NCBI RefSeq assembly: GCF_000012905.2
Contig: NC_007493.2
Span: 1,200,001-1,232,000 of the forward strand
Direction of reading: 5' to 3'
From: Cereibacter sphaeroides 2.4.1
GTDB lineage: Bacteria > Pseudomonadota > Alphaproteobacteria > Rhodobacterales > Rhodobacteraceae
Length of the DNA: 32,000 nt
Positions 8,318 to 15,755 of this stretch are shown here, piece by piece. Position numbers and translations under genes: made by a program. Each line of letters begins with the position of its first letter. The first letter of the stretch is position 1. The notes beneath the pieces were generated by a model. That model made no database searches. It was not told the origin of the DNA and worked only from the letters and a program-made list of their open reading frames with translations.

Positions 8318-9303
8318 GCCGTGGCCCCCGTTCCTGCGCGGCCCTGCATCAGGTGACGGCCGAGCTGCACCCAGAAGCCCGCCGACCAGGCGACATGCAT
8401 GGCGCCGGCGGCGAAGCCCGAGAGCAGCCCGCCCGGCGAGCCGGTCTCGCGCGCAATCATGACGCCCCCGGCGAGGCAGCCCGCCACCCATCCCGCGAGC
8501 GGCAGGGCGAAGATCCAGTGCAGGGGCGCGAGAAGCGCAAGCAACAGCGCCGGCATCAGCGCCACCAGCACCGCCTGACGCAGGCCCGGCCGCGAGCGGT
8601 GCTTCAGGATGTTCCGCGCCCGGCCCTTGCCGAAGGCGAAATACTGTTTCACCAGCGCGCCGAGGCTGCGTCGGGGGAAGTAGGTCACCCGCGTGCGCGG
8701 CGTGAGCCAGATCCGGAAGCCCGCGTTTCCGAGGCGCAGGTCGAGTTCCGCATCCTCGTTGTGACTGAAGCTCTCGTCATAGCCGCCGACCTCGCGGAAG
8801 GCCGCGATCCGCATCAGGGCGTGATGGCCATGGTCGACGAACTTGCCCACCGGCATCACCCGGTGCGCGGACCCGCCATTGCCGATCCGCGAATTCTGCG
8901 CCGCAGCAATAAGGCTCTGCCAGAAGCCCGAGCCTACCGCCTTCATCCCCACCACCACCGAGTCCGCGCCGGTGGCTTGGGCCTCGGCCAGAAGCACATC
9001 GCAGTAGTCGGCGGGATAGGCGCTGTGCGCATCGATCCGGATCAGCCAGTCCGCCTCATCGCCGAAGTGCTCCACCGCCAGATTGATGGCGGCGCTCTGC
9101 AGGCGGCGGGGATTGTCGAGCAGCACGATCCCGGGCTCGGGGCGCGCCGTCACCAGCGCCCGGGTTCCGTCGGTCGAGCCGCCGTCGGCCACAACGATCC
9201 GCGCGCCGTGGCGCTCGGCGAAGGGCAGAAGAGTGTCGAGCACGCCGCCGATATGGGCGGCCTCGTTCAGCGTGGGGATGACGATGAGCACGCGCGCCGT
9301 CAT
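8314..9303 (-). CDS. Family 2 glycosyltransferase with C-terminal membrane helices (ExoA-like, succinoglycan-type)
   Basis: Internal ATG (aa 32 of track ORF 8314..9396) in an ATGA overlap with the upstream stop at 9300. RVLIVIPTLNEAAHI, VVADGGSTDGT, IRIDAH and SHNEDAELDLRL closely recall rhizobial ExoA. Hydrophobic C-terminus. Confidence 0.88.
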   Translation of the reverse strand: MTARVLIVIPTLNEAAHIGGVLDTLLPFAERHGARIVVADGGSTDGTRALVTARPEPGIVLLDNPRRLQSAAINLAVEHFGDEADWLIRIDAHSAYPADYCDVLLAEAQATGADSVVVGMKAVGSGFWQSLIAAAQNSRIGNGGSAHRVMPVGKFVDHGHHALMRIAAFREVGGYDESFSHNEDAELDLRLGNAGFRIWLTPRTRVTYFPRRSLGALVKQYFAFGKGRARNILKHRSRPGLRQAVLVALMPALLLALLAPLHWIFALPLAGWVAGCLAGGVMIARETGSPGGLLSGFAAGAMHVAWSAGFWVQLGRHLMQGRAGTGATA

Positions 9304-10469
9304 GTGGTGAACCAGCCTTTCCGACGCATCGCCGCCTGCCGCCTGCGACCTCGGGCGGCGGCGATCTGGGCCATCAGGCCCGTGAGTTCCTGACATTCCT
9401 CGGGACCCGTGGTCCAGACCTGCGTCGGCACTTCGGCCACCGCCGTCCTCATCGCCTCGACCTCTGCGAGAGAGAGCGCGCCGAGGCGCCGCCCGACCTC
9501 CTCGGCATCGGGCGCGGCGATGGTGAGCCCCAGCCCGTAATCGCCGAGAAAGTTCGCGACCTCCGTGCCCGCCAGCGCCACCGGCACGGCATGGTGACGG
9601 CAGCCTTCGTAGAGCCGGTTCGGCAGCAGCCAGTCGGAATTCTTGCCCGCATCATAGCGGTCGATCAGCCAGGACAGGTGGACCTGCCCGTAGATGTCGG
9701 CCAGATCTTCCGGGTTGCGGTAGGGACCGCCGAAGTCGAGATCCGGGTTCGCCGCCACGGTCGCGTGGAACTGCGGCAGCTGGTCGAGCGCGGGCTTGCC
9801 GCGCAGCAGCACGCGATAGCGCCCCGGCGCGGCCCGCGTCACGCGGTCGAGGCAATCGAGCGACCAGGCGCAGCGCAGGATGCCGAACCAGCCGATGGTG
9901 ATCGGTGCCGCGACCGGCCGCCGCGTTGGAACCGCAGGCAGCGCCGCCTCGGGGTAGAAGCACTTGTTCTCCACGATGCGGATCGGCACGCGGGTCTGGC
10001 CGTGCGGCTGGAAATATTCGTTGACGAAGCCCGGCGAGGAGGTGAGCACCAGCCCCACACGGCGCATCAGCCGCCGTTCCAGCGCACGCATCGCGCGCGG
10101 CCGCGGGCCGTCGCCCAGCATCATGCGGTGGATGTCGAGCACCTCGTAGACCAGCAGCGCCTCCGGCCAGAAGCTCTTGGCGCGAACGGCGAGGGCCAGC
10201 ATCTCGAGGTTGCGGGCGATGATGACATCGGGGGCCTGCACCTCGGCAAGGCTATGGCGCAGCCCCGCGAGGGCGCGCGCGACCGAGGCCGCGCGCTGCA
10301 GCATCCGCGCATCGGCGGTCTGCCCGAGCAGGATCGCCGGTTCGGGCAGCGGCCCCTCGCGGCGGCGGAAGCCCGCGGCCTGAACGCTCGCACCGCCGGC
10401 GCGCAGCATCGCCGCGCGCCGCCAGATGGCGCTGTCGTCCAGATCGTGGGCGAGGTAGAGAATGCGCAC
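9300..10469 (-). CDS. Glycosyltransferase (GT-B-like; ExoL-like by size and position)
   Basis: 389 aa, GTG start. N-terminus RILYLAHDLDDSAIWRR is typical of GT-B enzymes. Translationally coupled to the downstream GT2 gene. The ExoL assignment rests on context only. Confidence 0.7.
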   Translation of the reverse strand: MRILYLAHDLDDSAIWRRAAMLRAGGASVQAAGFRRREGPLPEPAILLGQTADARMLQRAASVARALAGLRHSLAEVQAPDVIIARNLEMLALAVRAKSFWPEALLVYEVLDIHRMMLGDGPRPRAMRALERRLMRRVGLVLTSSPGFVNEYFQPHGQTRVPIRIVENKCFYPEAALPAVPTRRPVAAPITIGWFGILRCAWSLDCLDRVTRAAPGRYRVLLRGKPALDQLPQFHATVAANPDLDFGGPYRNPEDLADIYGQVHLSWLIDRYDAGKNSDWLLPNRLYEGCRHHAVPVALAGTEVANFLGDYGLGLTIAAPDAEEVGRRLGALSLAEVEAMRTAVAEVPTQVWTTGPEECQELTGLMAQIAAARGRRRQAAMRRKGWFTT

Positions 10470-10490
10470 TCTGCCGTCTTTCCCGTCGGA

Positions 10491-11429
10491 TCAGCTCGCG
10501 GCCGCCACGCTGCGCAGCGGCGCGGCGCTCGGGGCTCCGAGACCGTGCTGCTCGGCGATCGCCCGCAGGAAGGTCGAGAATTCCCCGCGCAGATCCTCGC
10601 GCTCCAGCGCCAGCGCGACGGTGGCCTGAAGGAAGCCCGCCTTCGAGCCGCAGTCGAACCGCTCGCCCTGGAAGCGGAAGCCGTGGACCGAGCCCGGATG
10701 GGTGGCCAGCTCGTGCGCGATGGCGTCGGTCAGCTGGATCTCGCCCCCCGCTCCGACGGTGCGCCGGTCGAGATGCTGCATGACGCGCGGCCCGAGGATA
10801 TAGCGGCCGATGACCGCCATGTTCGAAGGCGCGGTGCCGGCCTTCGGTTTCTCGACGATGCCACGCGGACGGATCAGCGCGCCCTGACGCTCTTCGATGT
10901 CGAGGACGCCGTAGGAGGACGCCTTTTCCGCCGGCACTTCCATCGTGGCGATGATGCTGCCGCCGACCTCTTCATGGGCCTCGATCATCTGCGCGAGGCA
11001 GGGCTTGTCGGCGACCACCATGTCGTCGGGCAGGATCACCGCGAAGGGCTCGTCGCCCACGAGGCGGCGCGCGCACCAGACGGCATGGCCGAGGCCCAGC
11101 GCCTCGTGCTGGCGGACGTAGGTCACATGGCCGCTGTCGATATTGGTGGCCTCGAGCGTTGCCAGAAGCTCGGTCTTGCCCGCCGCGCGCAGGGCCCGCT
11201 CCAGCGTCTGGTTCACGTCGAAGAAGTCCTCGAGCGCCCCCTTGCCGCGGGAGGTGACGAAGATGAAGTCCTCGATGCCGGCCTCGCGGGCTTCCTCGAC
11301 CGCATACTGGATCAGCGGCTTGTCGACGAGCGTGAGAATTTCCTTCGGGATCGACTTGGTCGCGGGCAGGAACCGCGTCCCCATGCCTGCGATGGGGAAA
11401 ATGGCAGTGGTGACCTTCTGGGAAGACAT
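10491..11429 (-). CDS. galU: UTP--glucose-1-phosphate uridylyltransferase
   Basis: Internal ATG (aa 28 of track ORF 10491..11510). AIFPIAGMGTRFLPATKSIPKEIL, VDKPLIQY and LGLGHAV are classic GalU motifs. 312 aa. Confidence 0.92.
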   Translation of the reverse strand: MSSQKVTTAIFPIAGMGTRFLPATKSIPKEILTLVDKPLIQYAVEEAREAGIEDFIFVTSRGKGALEDFFDVNQTLERALRAAGKTELLATLEATNIDSGHVTYVRQHEALGLGHAVWCARRLVGDEPFAVILPDDMVVADKPCLAQMIEAHEEVGGSIIATMEVPAEKASSYGVLDIEERQGALIRPRGIVEKPKAGTAPSNMAVIGRYILGPRVMQHLDRRTVGAGGEIQLTDAIAHELATHPGSVHGFRFQGERFDCGSKAGFLQATVALALEREDLRGEFSTFLRAIAEQHGLGAPSAAPLRSVAAAS

Positions 11430-11728
11430 GCGCGACCTCTGGATATGGATCTGTGAAAAGGAGGGCCCGATCTGACCCGAACAATGTTTCATATAATGCT
11501 GCACCTGCAAAGGCCGGGAAAGACCCGCGGGCGGAGATAGGTCAAAATGGGGCGTGCGTCAGACTTTCTATGGCGGGCAGAATGCCTGTTGCTGAGCGAA
11601 TGGCCAAGGCTGAATCGAAGGGTCAGGTTCCTCGGAAAGACGATTTTTATGCGGATCCTTTCGCCGCTCGGGGCGATTGCGCAGCTTTGCAACCCAAGGG
11701 AGACTTTCTCTAACCTATAGTTGCGCAA

Positions 11729-11746
11729 GGCCCGGGTCGCCGGGCC
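11729..11746 (-). terminator. GC hairpin about 40 nt downstream of sqdC; possible weak terminator or processing site
   Basis: GGCCCGG-gtcg-CCGGGCC, perfect 7-bp stem. On the minus strand it is followed by UUGCGCAACUAUAGGUUAG, with no clean U-tract. Confidence 0.35.
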
Positions 11747-11784
11747 AGAAGCACGCCCGGGCACCGTCGGCGGGAATCCGCTGC

Positions 11785-12600
11785 CTAAATCATGAGCGGC
11801 AGCGTTTGGCGCAACAGGCTGAGCCCTCCGGGCCGCCAGCCCATCGCCGAAAGCCGCCGGCAGTCGAGAGGGCTGATGCGCGCGGCATCCGCGCGTGGGG
11901 GCAGGGGCGCGGCGATCCCCTCGATCCGGGCGACCTCGGCGAGAAGATCGTGGCGGTCGAGCAGCAGATCCGAGACATGGAAGGCGCCCGCGTCCGGCTT
12001 CTCGAGCAGGAGGAGCGCCGCCGCGGCCAGATCCGCGCCATGGACCTCGGTCGCGACCCGCGGCTCGATCGGACGTCCCGCACGGAAGTCCTCGAAAAGA
12101 ACGCGCCACTTGTGATCCGGCCCGGGGCCGTAGACGCCGGTCGCGCGCAGGCTCGCGCCTCCTTCGGCGAAGAGAGCGACCTCGGCCTCGGCCTTGACCT
12201 GCCCATAGAGGCTTTCGGGGCAGGGCGGCATGGCCTCGGTGAGCAACGTGCCGGGGCCGTAGCCGTCGAACACGGCGCGGGAGGAGAGGAAGAGGATCCG
12301 CCGCCCCCGCATCGCCTCGAAGAGCCGCAGACTGCCCTCGAGGTTGGCGCGGCGGAAGCCCTCGGGGTCTTGGCCCTCGCCGCCCCGGTAGCGGCCCGGA
12401 ACATGCTGGAAGGCACAGTGGATCAGCGCATCCACATCGGCCAGCGGGGGAAGCGGGCCCAGAAGATCGTAGGGCCGATGCTCGTCCGCGCCGGGCAGAG
12501 GGCTGCGCGCAAGGATCACCAGCGAATGGCCCGCAGCCCGCGCGGCCTCGGCGATGAAGCGGCCGACGAGGCCGCCTGCTCCGGTCAGCGCAAGCCGCAT
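11785..12600 (-). CDS. sqdC: NAD(P)-binding Rossmann-fold epimerase/reductase-family protein, third gene of the sulfolipid operon
   Basis: Internal ATG (aa 20 of track ORF 11785..12657). MRLALTGAGGLVGRFI dinucleotide-binding motif. 16-nt overlap with the upstream gene. Position after sqdB-sqdD matches the R. sphaeroides sqdB-sqdD-sqdC operon. Confidence 0.72.
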   Translation of the reverse strand: MRLALTGAGGLVGRFIAEAARAAGHSLVILARSPLPGADEHRPYDLLGPLPPLADVDALIHCAFQHVPGRYRGGEGQDPEGFRRANLEGSLRLFEAMRGRRILFLSSRAVFDGYGPGTLLTEAMPPCPESLYGQVKAEAEVALFAEGGASLRATGVYGPGPDHKWRVLFEDFRAGRPIEPRVATEVHGADLAAAALLLLEKPDAGAFHVSDLLLDRHDLLAEVARIEGIAAPLPPRADAARISPLDCRRLSAMGWRPGGLSLLRQTLPLMI

Positions 12601-13421
12601 GGATCCGGCATGTCCGAAAGCGCGGGCACCGGCCCGTCGCCCGCATAGGCGCGCCACAGGTCGATCAGCGGGCGCAGGCGGTCGGCCTTGTCGTGCTCCT
12701 GCCAGGGTTTCTCATACTGGAAGTGCAGGATGCGGATCTGCTCCCAGCTCCAGAGCTCGGGCATCGCGAACCAGACATACTGGAGCATGTTGCAGAAGAC
12801 CGGCAGGCCCTGCCAGTCGGGGAAGAACTGCTGCAGGAAGCTCTGGTCGGTCCGCCGCCAGAAGGCCCCCGGCACGTCGAGTGCTTCGAGCATCCGGGCG
12901 TAGGTGTCCGTCGAGGGCCGGGCGGTGAAGACGCCCGAATTCATCCGGTGAAAGTCCGACAGGCTCTCGTAGACATTCGGCGCGGCGCAGAATTCGGGAT
13001 AGTCGAACAGCCGGTCCACGTTCCGCAGCACCAGCGCATCCGCGTCGATGAAGACGACCGAGCGATAGTCCACGAGCTGCCAGAGCCGGAGCTTGGCGAA
13101 ATTATCGAGCGGCGTGTGGAAGGGCGGCTTGCCGCCCTTGGTGAAGGCCGCGCGCGCATGAAGCGCCTCTCGCGCATGGGCCGCGTTGAACTCGGGCGAG
13201 GTGGGCAGAAGCTCCACCCGCACGAGCCGCGCGCCGAGCGCCCGGAGCGGCGCCAGCGCCTCCTCGGGCACGTCGGTATGCAGCACCACCCGGTCGGCCG
13301 TGGTGCCGCTGAGGGCCAGCGAGCGCAGCAGCGCCCGTGCCCCCAGCGCATAATCGGCATTGGTCACGAGCGTGACATAGGCCCGCTCGGACCCAGCCGG
13401 TCCTTCGGCTGCCAGATCCAA
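12585..13421 (-). CDS. sqdD: Family 8 (glycogenin-like) glycosyltransferase, sulfoquinovosyl transferase of sulfolipid synthesis
   Basis: AYVTLVTNADYALGA N-terminus and FIDADALVLRNVD (DxD) are typical of GT8/glycogenin. TTG start at 13421 directly abuts the sqdB stop; the exact start is uncertain. Confidence 0.8.
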   Translation of the reverse strand: MDLAAEGPAGSERAYVTLVTNADYALGARALLRSLALSGTTADRVVLHTDVPEEALAPLRALGARLVRVELLPTSPEFNAAHAREALHARAAFTKGGKPPFHTPLDNFAKLRLWQLVDYRSVVFIDADALVLRNVDRLFDYPEFCAAPNVYESLSDFHRMNSGVFTARPSTDTYARMLEALDVPGAFWRRTDQSFLQQFFPDWQGLPVFCNMLQYVWFAMPELWSWEQIRILHFQYEKPWQEHDKADRLRPLIDLWRAYAGDGPVPALSDMPDPCGLR

Positions 13422-14636
13422 TCAGGACACCGAGCGCAGCCGCCGCCCCTCGGGATCGTGCTCGACCCGCTGCGCGATGTCCTTCGTCCAGGCCGAGACG
13501 CAGGGCACGCGGCTGCGGTCGATCCGGTGGGCGAACTTCTTCGCCACATCGACCACCTCGCCCAGCAGCCCTTCCTGCAGCGTGATGGGCTTCAGCCCCA
13601 GCGCGAGGAACTGGTCGTTCCTGACCACGAGCTCGTTCTCGTCGGCCTCCTTGCGGGGGTTGGGCAGGAACGAGACCTTGGCGCCGGTCATCTTCGCCAC
13701 CAGTTCGGCCAGATCTCGCACGCGGTGCGTCTCGGTCATCTGGTTGAAGATCTTCACCCGTTCGCCGGCCTTGGGCGCATCCGACAGCGCGAGCTCGACG
13801 CAGCGCACCGAATCCTGGATATGGATGAAGGCGCGGGTCTGCCCGCCGGTGCCGTGCACGGTCAGCGGATAACCGATCGCCGACTGGATCAGGAAGCGGT
13901 TCAGGACGGTGCCATAGTCGCCGTCATAGTCGAAGCGGTTGATGAGCTGCGGATGGCGGCGGGTCTGGTTCGTGTGCGTGCCCCAGACGATGCCCTGATG
14001 CAGGTCGGTGATCCGCAGCCCGTCGTTCTGAGCATAATACTGGAAGAGGATCTGATCGAGGCTCTTGGTCATGTGATAGACCGAGCCCGGCCGCGTCGGA
14101 TAGAGGATCTCGAGCTCTTTCGGGCCCGCCGGGGTCTCGACCGAGACGTCGAGATAACCCTCGGGGATGGGCGCGCCCACGGTCGAATAGCCATAGACCC
14201 CCATGGTGCCGAGATGGACGAGATGGGCATCGATGCCGGTCTCGACCATGGCGGCCAACAGGTTGTGGGTCGCATTGACGTTGTTGTTGACGGTGTAGAC
14301 CTTGTGGCGGTCCGACTTCATCGAATAGGGCGCGGCGCGCTGCTCGGCGAAGTGGATGATGGCCTCGGGGCGGTATTCGGCGAGCCAGGCGCGGATCCGG
14401 TCGTATTCGCGCAGGTCGAGCAGGTGGAAATGCAGCCGCTGGCCGGTCTCCTGATGCCAGATCCGGCAGCGCTCCTGGATCGAGTCCATCGGGGTCAGGG
14501 ACTGCACGCCCAGCTCGGTATCGATCCAGCGCCGGGACAGGTTGTCGACGATATGGATCTCGTGTCCGAGGTCCGACAGGTGGAGCGCCGTCGGCCAGCC
14601 GACAAACCCGTCCCCACCCAGAACTGCGATGCGCAT
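13422..14636 (-). CDS. sqdB: UDP-sulfoquinovose synthase
   Basis: Internal ATG (aa 30 of track ORF 13422..14723) preceded by GGAGGcttc. MRIAVLGGDGFVGWPTALHLS, IVDNLSRRWIDTELGVQSLTP, FAEQRAAPYSM, NNVNATHNLL and HLGTMGVYGY match the SQD1/SqdB family. Confidence 0.93.
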   Translation of the reverse strand: MRIAVLGGDGFVGWPTALHLSDLGHEIHIVDNLSRRWIDTELGVQSLTPMDSIQERCRIWHQETGQRLHFHLLDLREYDRIRAWLAEYRPEAIIHFAEQRAAPYSMKSDRHKVYTVNNNVNATHNLLAAMVETGIDAHLVHLGTMGVYGYSTVGAPIPEGYLDVSVETPAGPKELEILYPTRPGSVYHMTKSLDQILFQYYAQNDGLRITDLHQGIVWGTHTNQTRRHPQLINRFDYDGDYGTVLNRFLIQSAIGYPLTVHGTGGQTRAFIHIQDSVRCVELALSDAPKAGERVKIFNQMTETHRVRDLAELVAKMTGAKVSFLPNPRKEADENELVVRNDQFLALGLKPITLQEGLLGEVVDVAKKFAHRIDRSRVPCVSAWTKDIAQRVEHDPEGRRLRSVS

Positions 14637-14659
14637 GAAGCCTCCTTCGTGAATCGCGC

Positions 14660-14680
14660 GTGCCGCCTCACGGGCGGCAC
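14660..14680 (-). promoter_or_regulatory. 8-bp perfect stem-loop in the sqdB leader / downstream of the PfpI gene
   Basis: GTGCCGCC-tcacg-GGCGGCAC. It lies about 20 nt upstream of the sqdB SD on the mRNA strand. No U-tract follows it. Confidence 0.35.
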
Positions 14681-14782
14681 ACGTCCTCGTGACCATGTTG
14701 GTGCGTATCGGCTGCAAGTCCACCGGTCGAATGAACTTTTCACGACGCTCGGCAAGGCTGTGCCGATGGCGGGCCTGCTTTT

Positions 14783-15352
14783 TCAGGCGCTGCGGCGCTG
14801 GCCGTCGTGCACGCCTTCGGCAAATTCCTCGATCATCTTGGCGCAGAAGGCATCGAGATCGTCCGGCTTGCGGCTGGTGACGAGCCCCGAATCGACAACG
14901 ACCTCGCGGTCGACCCAGCGGCCCCCTGCGTTGCGGATGTCGGTGGCGAGCGAGGGGTAGGAGGTCACTTCGCGCCCTTTGAGCACGTCCGCCTCAACCA
15001 GCGCCCAGGGGCCATGGCAGATGGCAGCCACCGGCTTGCCCGCACTGACGAAGCCGCGCACGAAGGCCACGGCCTCCTCGCTCGACCGGATCTTGTCGGC
15101 ACCCACCGTGCCGCCGGGGATCACGAGCCCGTCGAACGCGTCTGCCGAGACATCGGCAAAGGTGCGGTCGACGCGGTGCGTCGCGCCGGGATCGAGATCG
15201 CCGTTCACCGTCTGCGCCTCGCCCGGCTCGAGGCTGACGGTCACGACCGTCGCCCCCGCCTGGGTCAGCGCTTCCTTCGGCCGCACATATTCCACGTCTT
15301 CGGTGCCGCGGGGCGCGATCAGGATCGCGATGGTTTTTCCGTCGAGTGTCAT
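14783..15352 (-). CDS. DJ-1/PfpI family protein (type 1 glutamine amidotransferase-like; YhbO/general stress protein 18-like)
   Basis: C-terminal 189 aa of track ORF 14783..15892. KTIAILIAPRGTEDVEY and nucleophile elbow AAICHGPW. ATG 15352 follows an AGGA. An alternative ATG at 15367 would add MTGHP. The long N-terminal extension in the track is Arg/Pro-rich noise. Confidence 0.88.
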   Translation of the reverse strand: MTLDGKTIAILIAPRGTEDVEYVRPKEALTQAGATVVTVSLEPGEAQTVNGDLDPGATHRVDRTFADVSADAFDGLVIPGGTVGADKIRSSEEAVAFVRGFVSAGKPVAAICHGPWALVEADVLKGREVTSYPSLATDIRNAGGRWVDREVVVDSGLVTSRKPDDLDAFCAKMIEEFAEGVHDGQRRSA

Positions 15353-15428
15353 GGGATGTCCTGTCATTGGGATGGGCCGCCCGCCGGAAAGCCTCGACGC
15401 AGGGTGAAGGCTCCGGCACAGGCGGCCT

Positions 15429-15590
15429 GGTCGCCTCGATAACCGGCAGCGGCGGCCTCTGTTCCCGAGCGCCGGTCCCTCGGCCGACACGCGGACCTGC
15501 GCAGAAGGGGCCCGGTCGCGTCGATGACCGGCAGGGCGGAGAGGATGCCCGCGCGCTGGTCCCTCTGCCGAGGACGCGGACTCGAAGGGG
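15429..15590. repeat. Imperfect ~85-bp tandem duplication (two units) in the PfpI / oxidoreductase divergent intergenic region
   Basis: Unit 1 is 15429-15513, unit 2 is 15514-15590. Shared blocks: GGTCGCnTCGATnACCGGCAG, GGCGG, CCCG, GGTCCCTCnGCCGA, ACGCGGAC, GAAGGGG. Roughly 70% identity by eye. Confidence 0.6.
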
Positions 15591-15673
15591 AATCTAACGA
15601 GCGGGAGAGGTCTCTGGCCGCCGCGCCGGTCGTGCTCGCGCGGCGCTCCGATTGCGCGCGTCTGTGCAGCGGA

Positions 15674-15693
15674 GCAGGGGCACTGTGCCCTGC
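15674..15693. promoter_or_regulatory. Operator-like palindrome upstream of the luciferase-like oxidoreductase gene
   Basis: Perfect core GGGCAC-T-GTGCCC (15678-15690), extendable to GCAGGGGCAC/GTGCCCTGC with one bulged G. About 65 nt upstream of the start codon. Confidence 0.4.
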
Positions 15694-15755
15694 TGCCCAG
15701 GGACGGCGCGCGCGGATGTGCTACATCGGGAGCGATCGGCAACGGGAAGATGCAC

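Noticed and set aside
11453-11713. 86-aa + strand ORF in the sqdC-galU spacer.
   Set aside because: It has no SD, odd composition, and lies in a lower-GC non-coding-looking region. I treat it as non-coding pending transcript data.
15368-15749. Possible riboswitch in the 390-bp PfpI/oxidoreductase intergenic region.
   Set aside because: I could not recognise any riboswitch consensus (FMN, cobalamin, SAM-II, guanidine and others). The structure there is better described as a tandem repeat plus a palindrome. An Rfam scan would be decisive.
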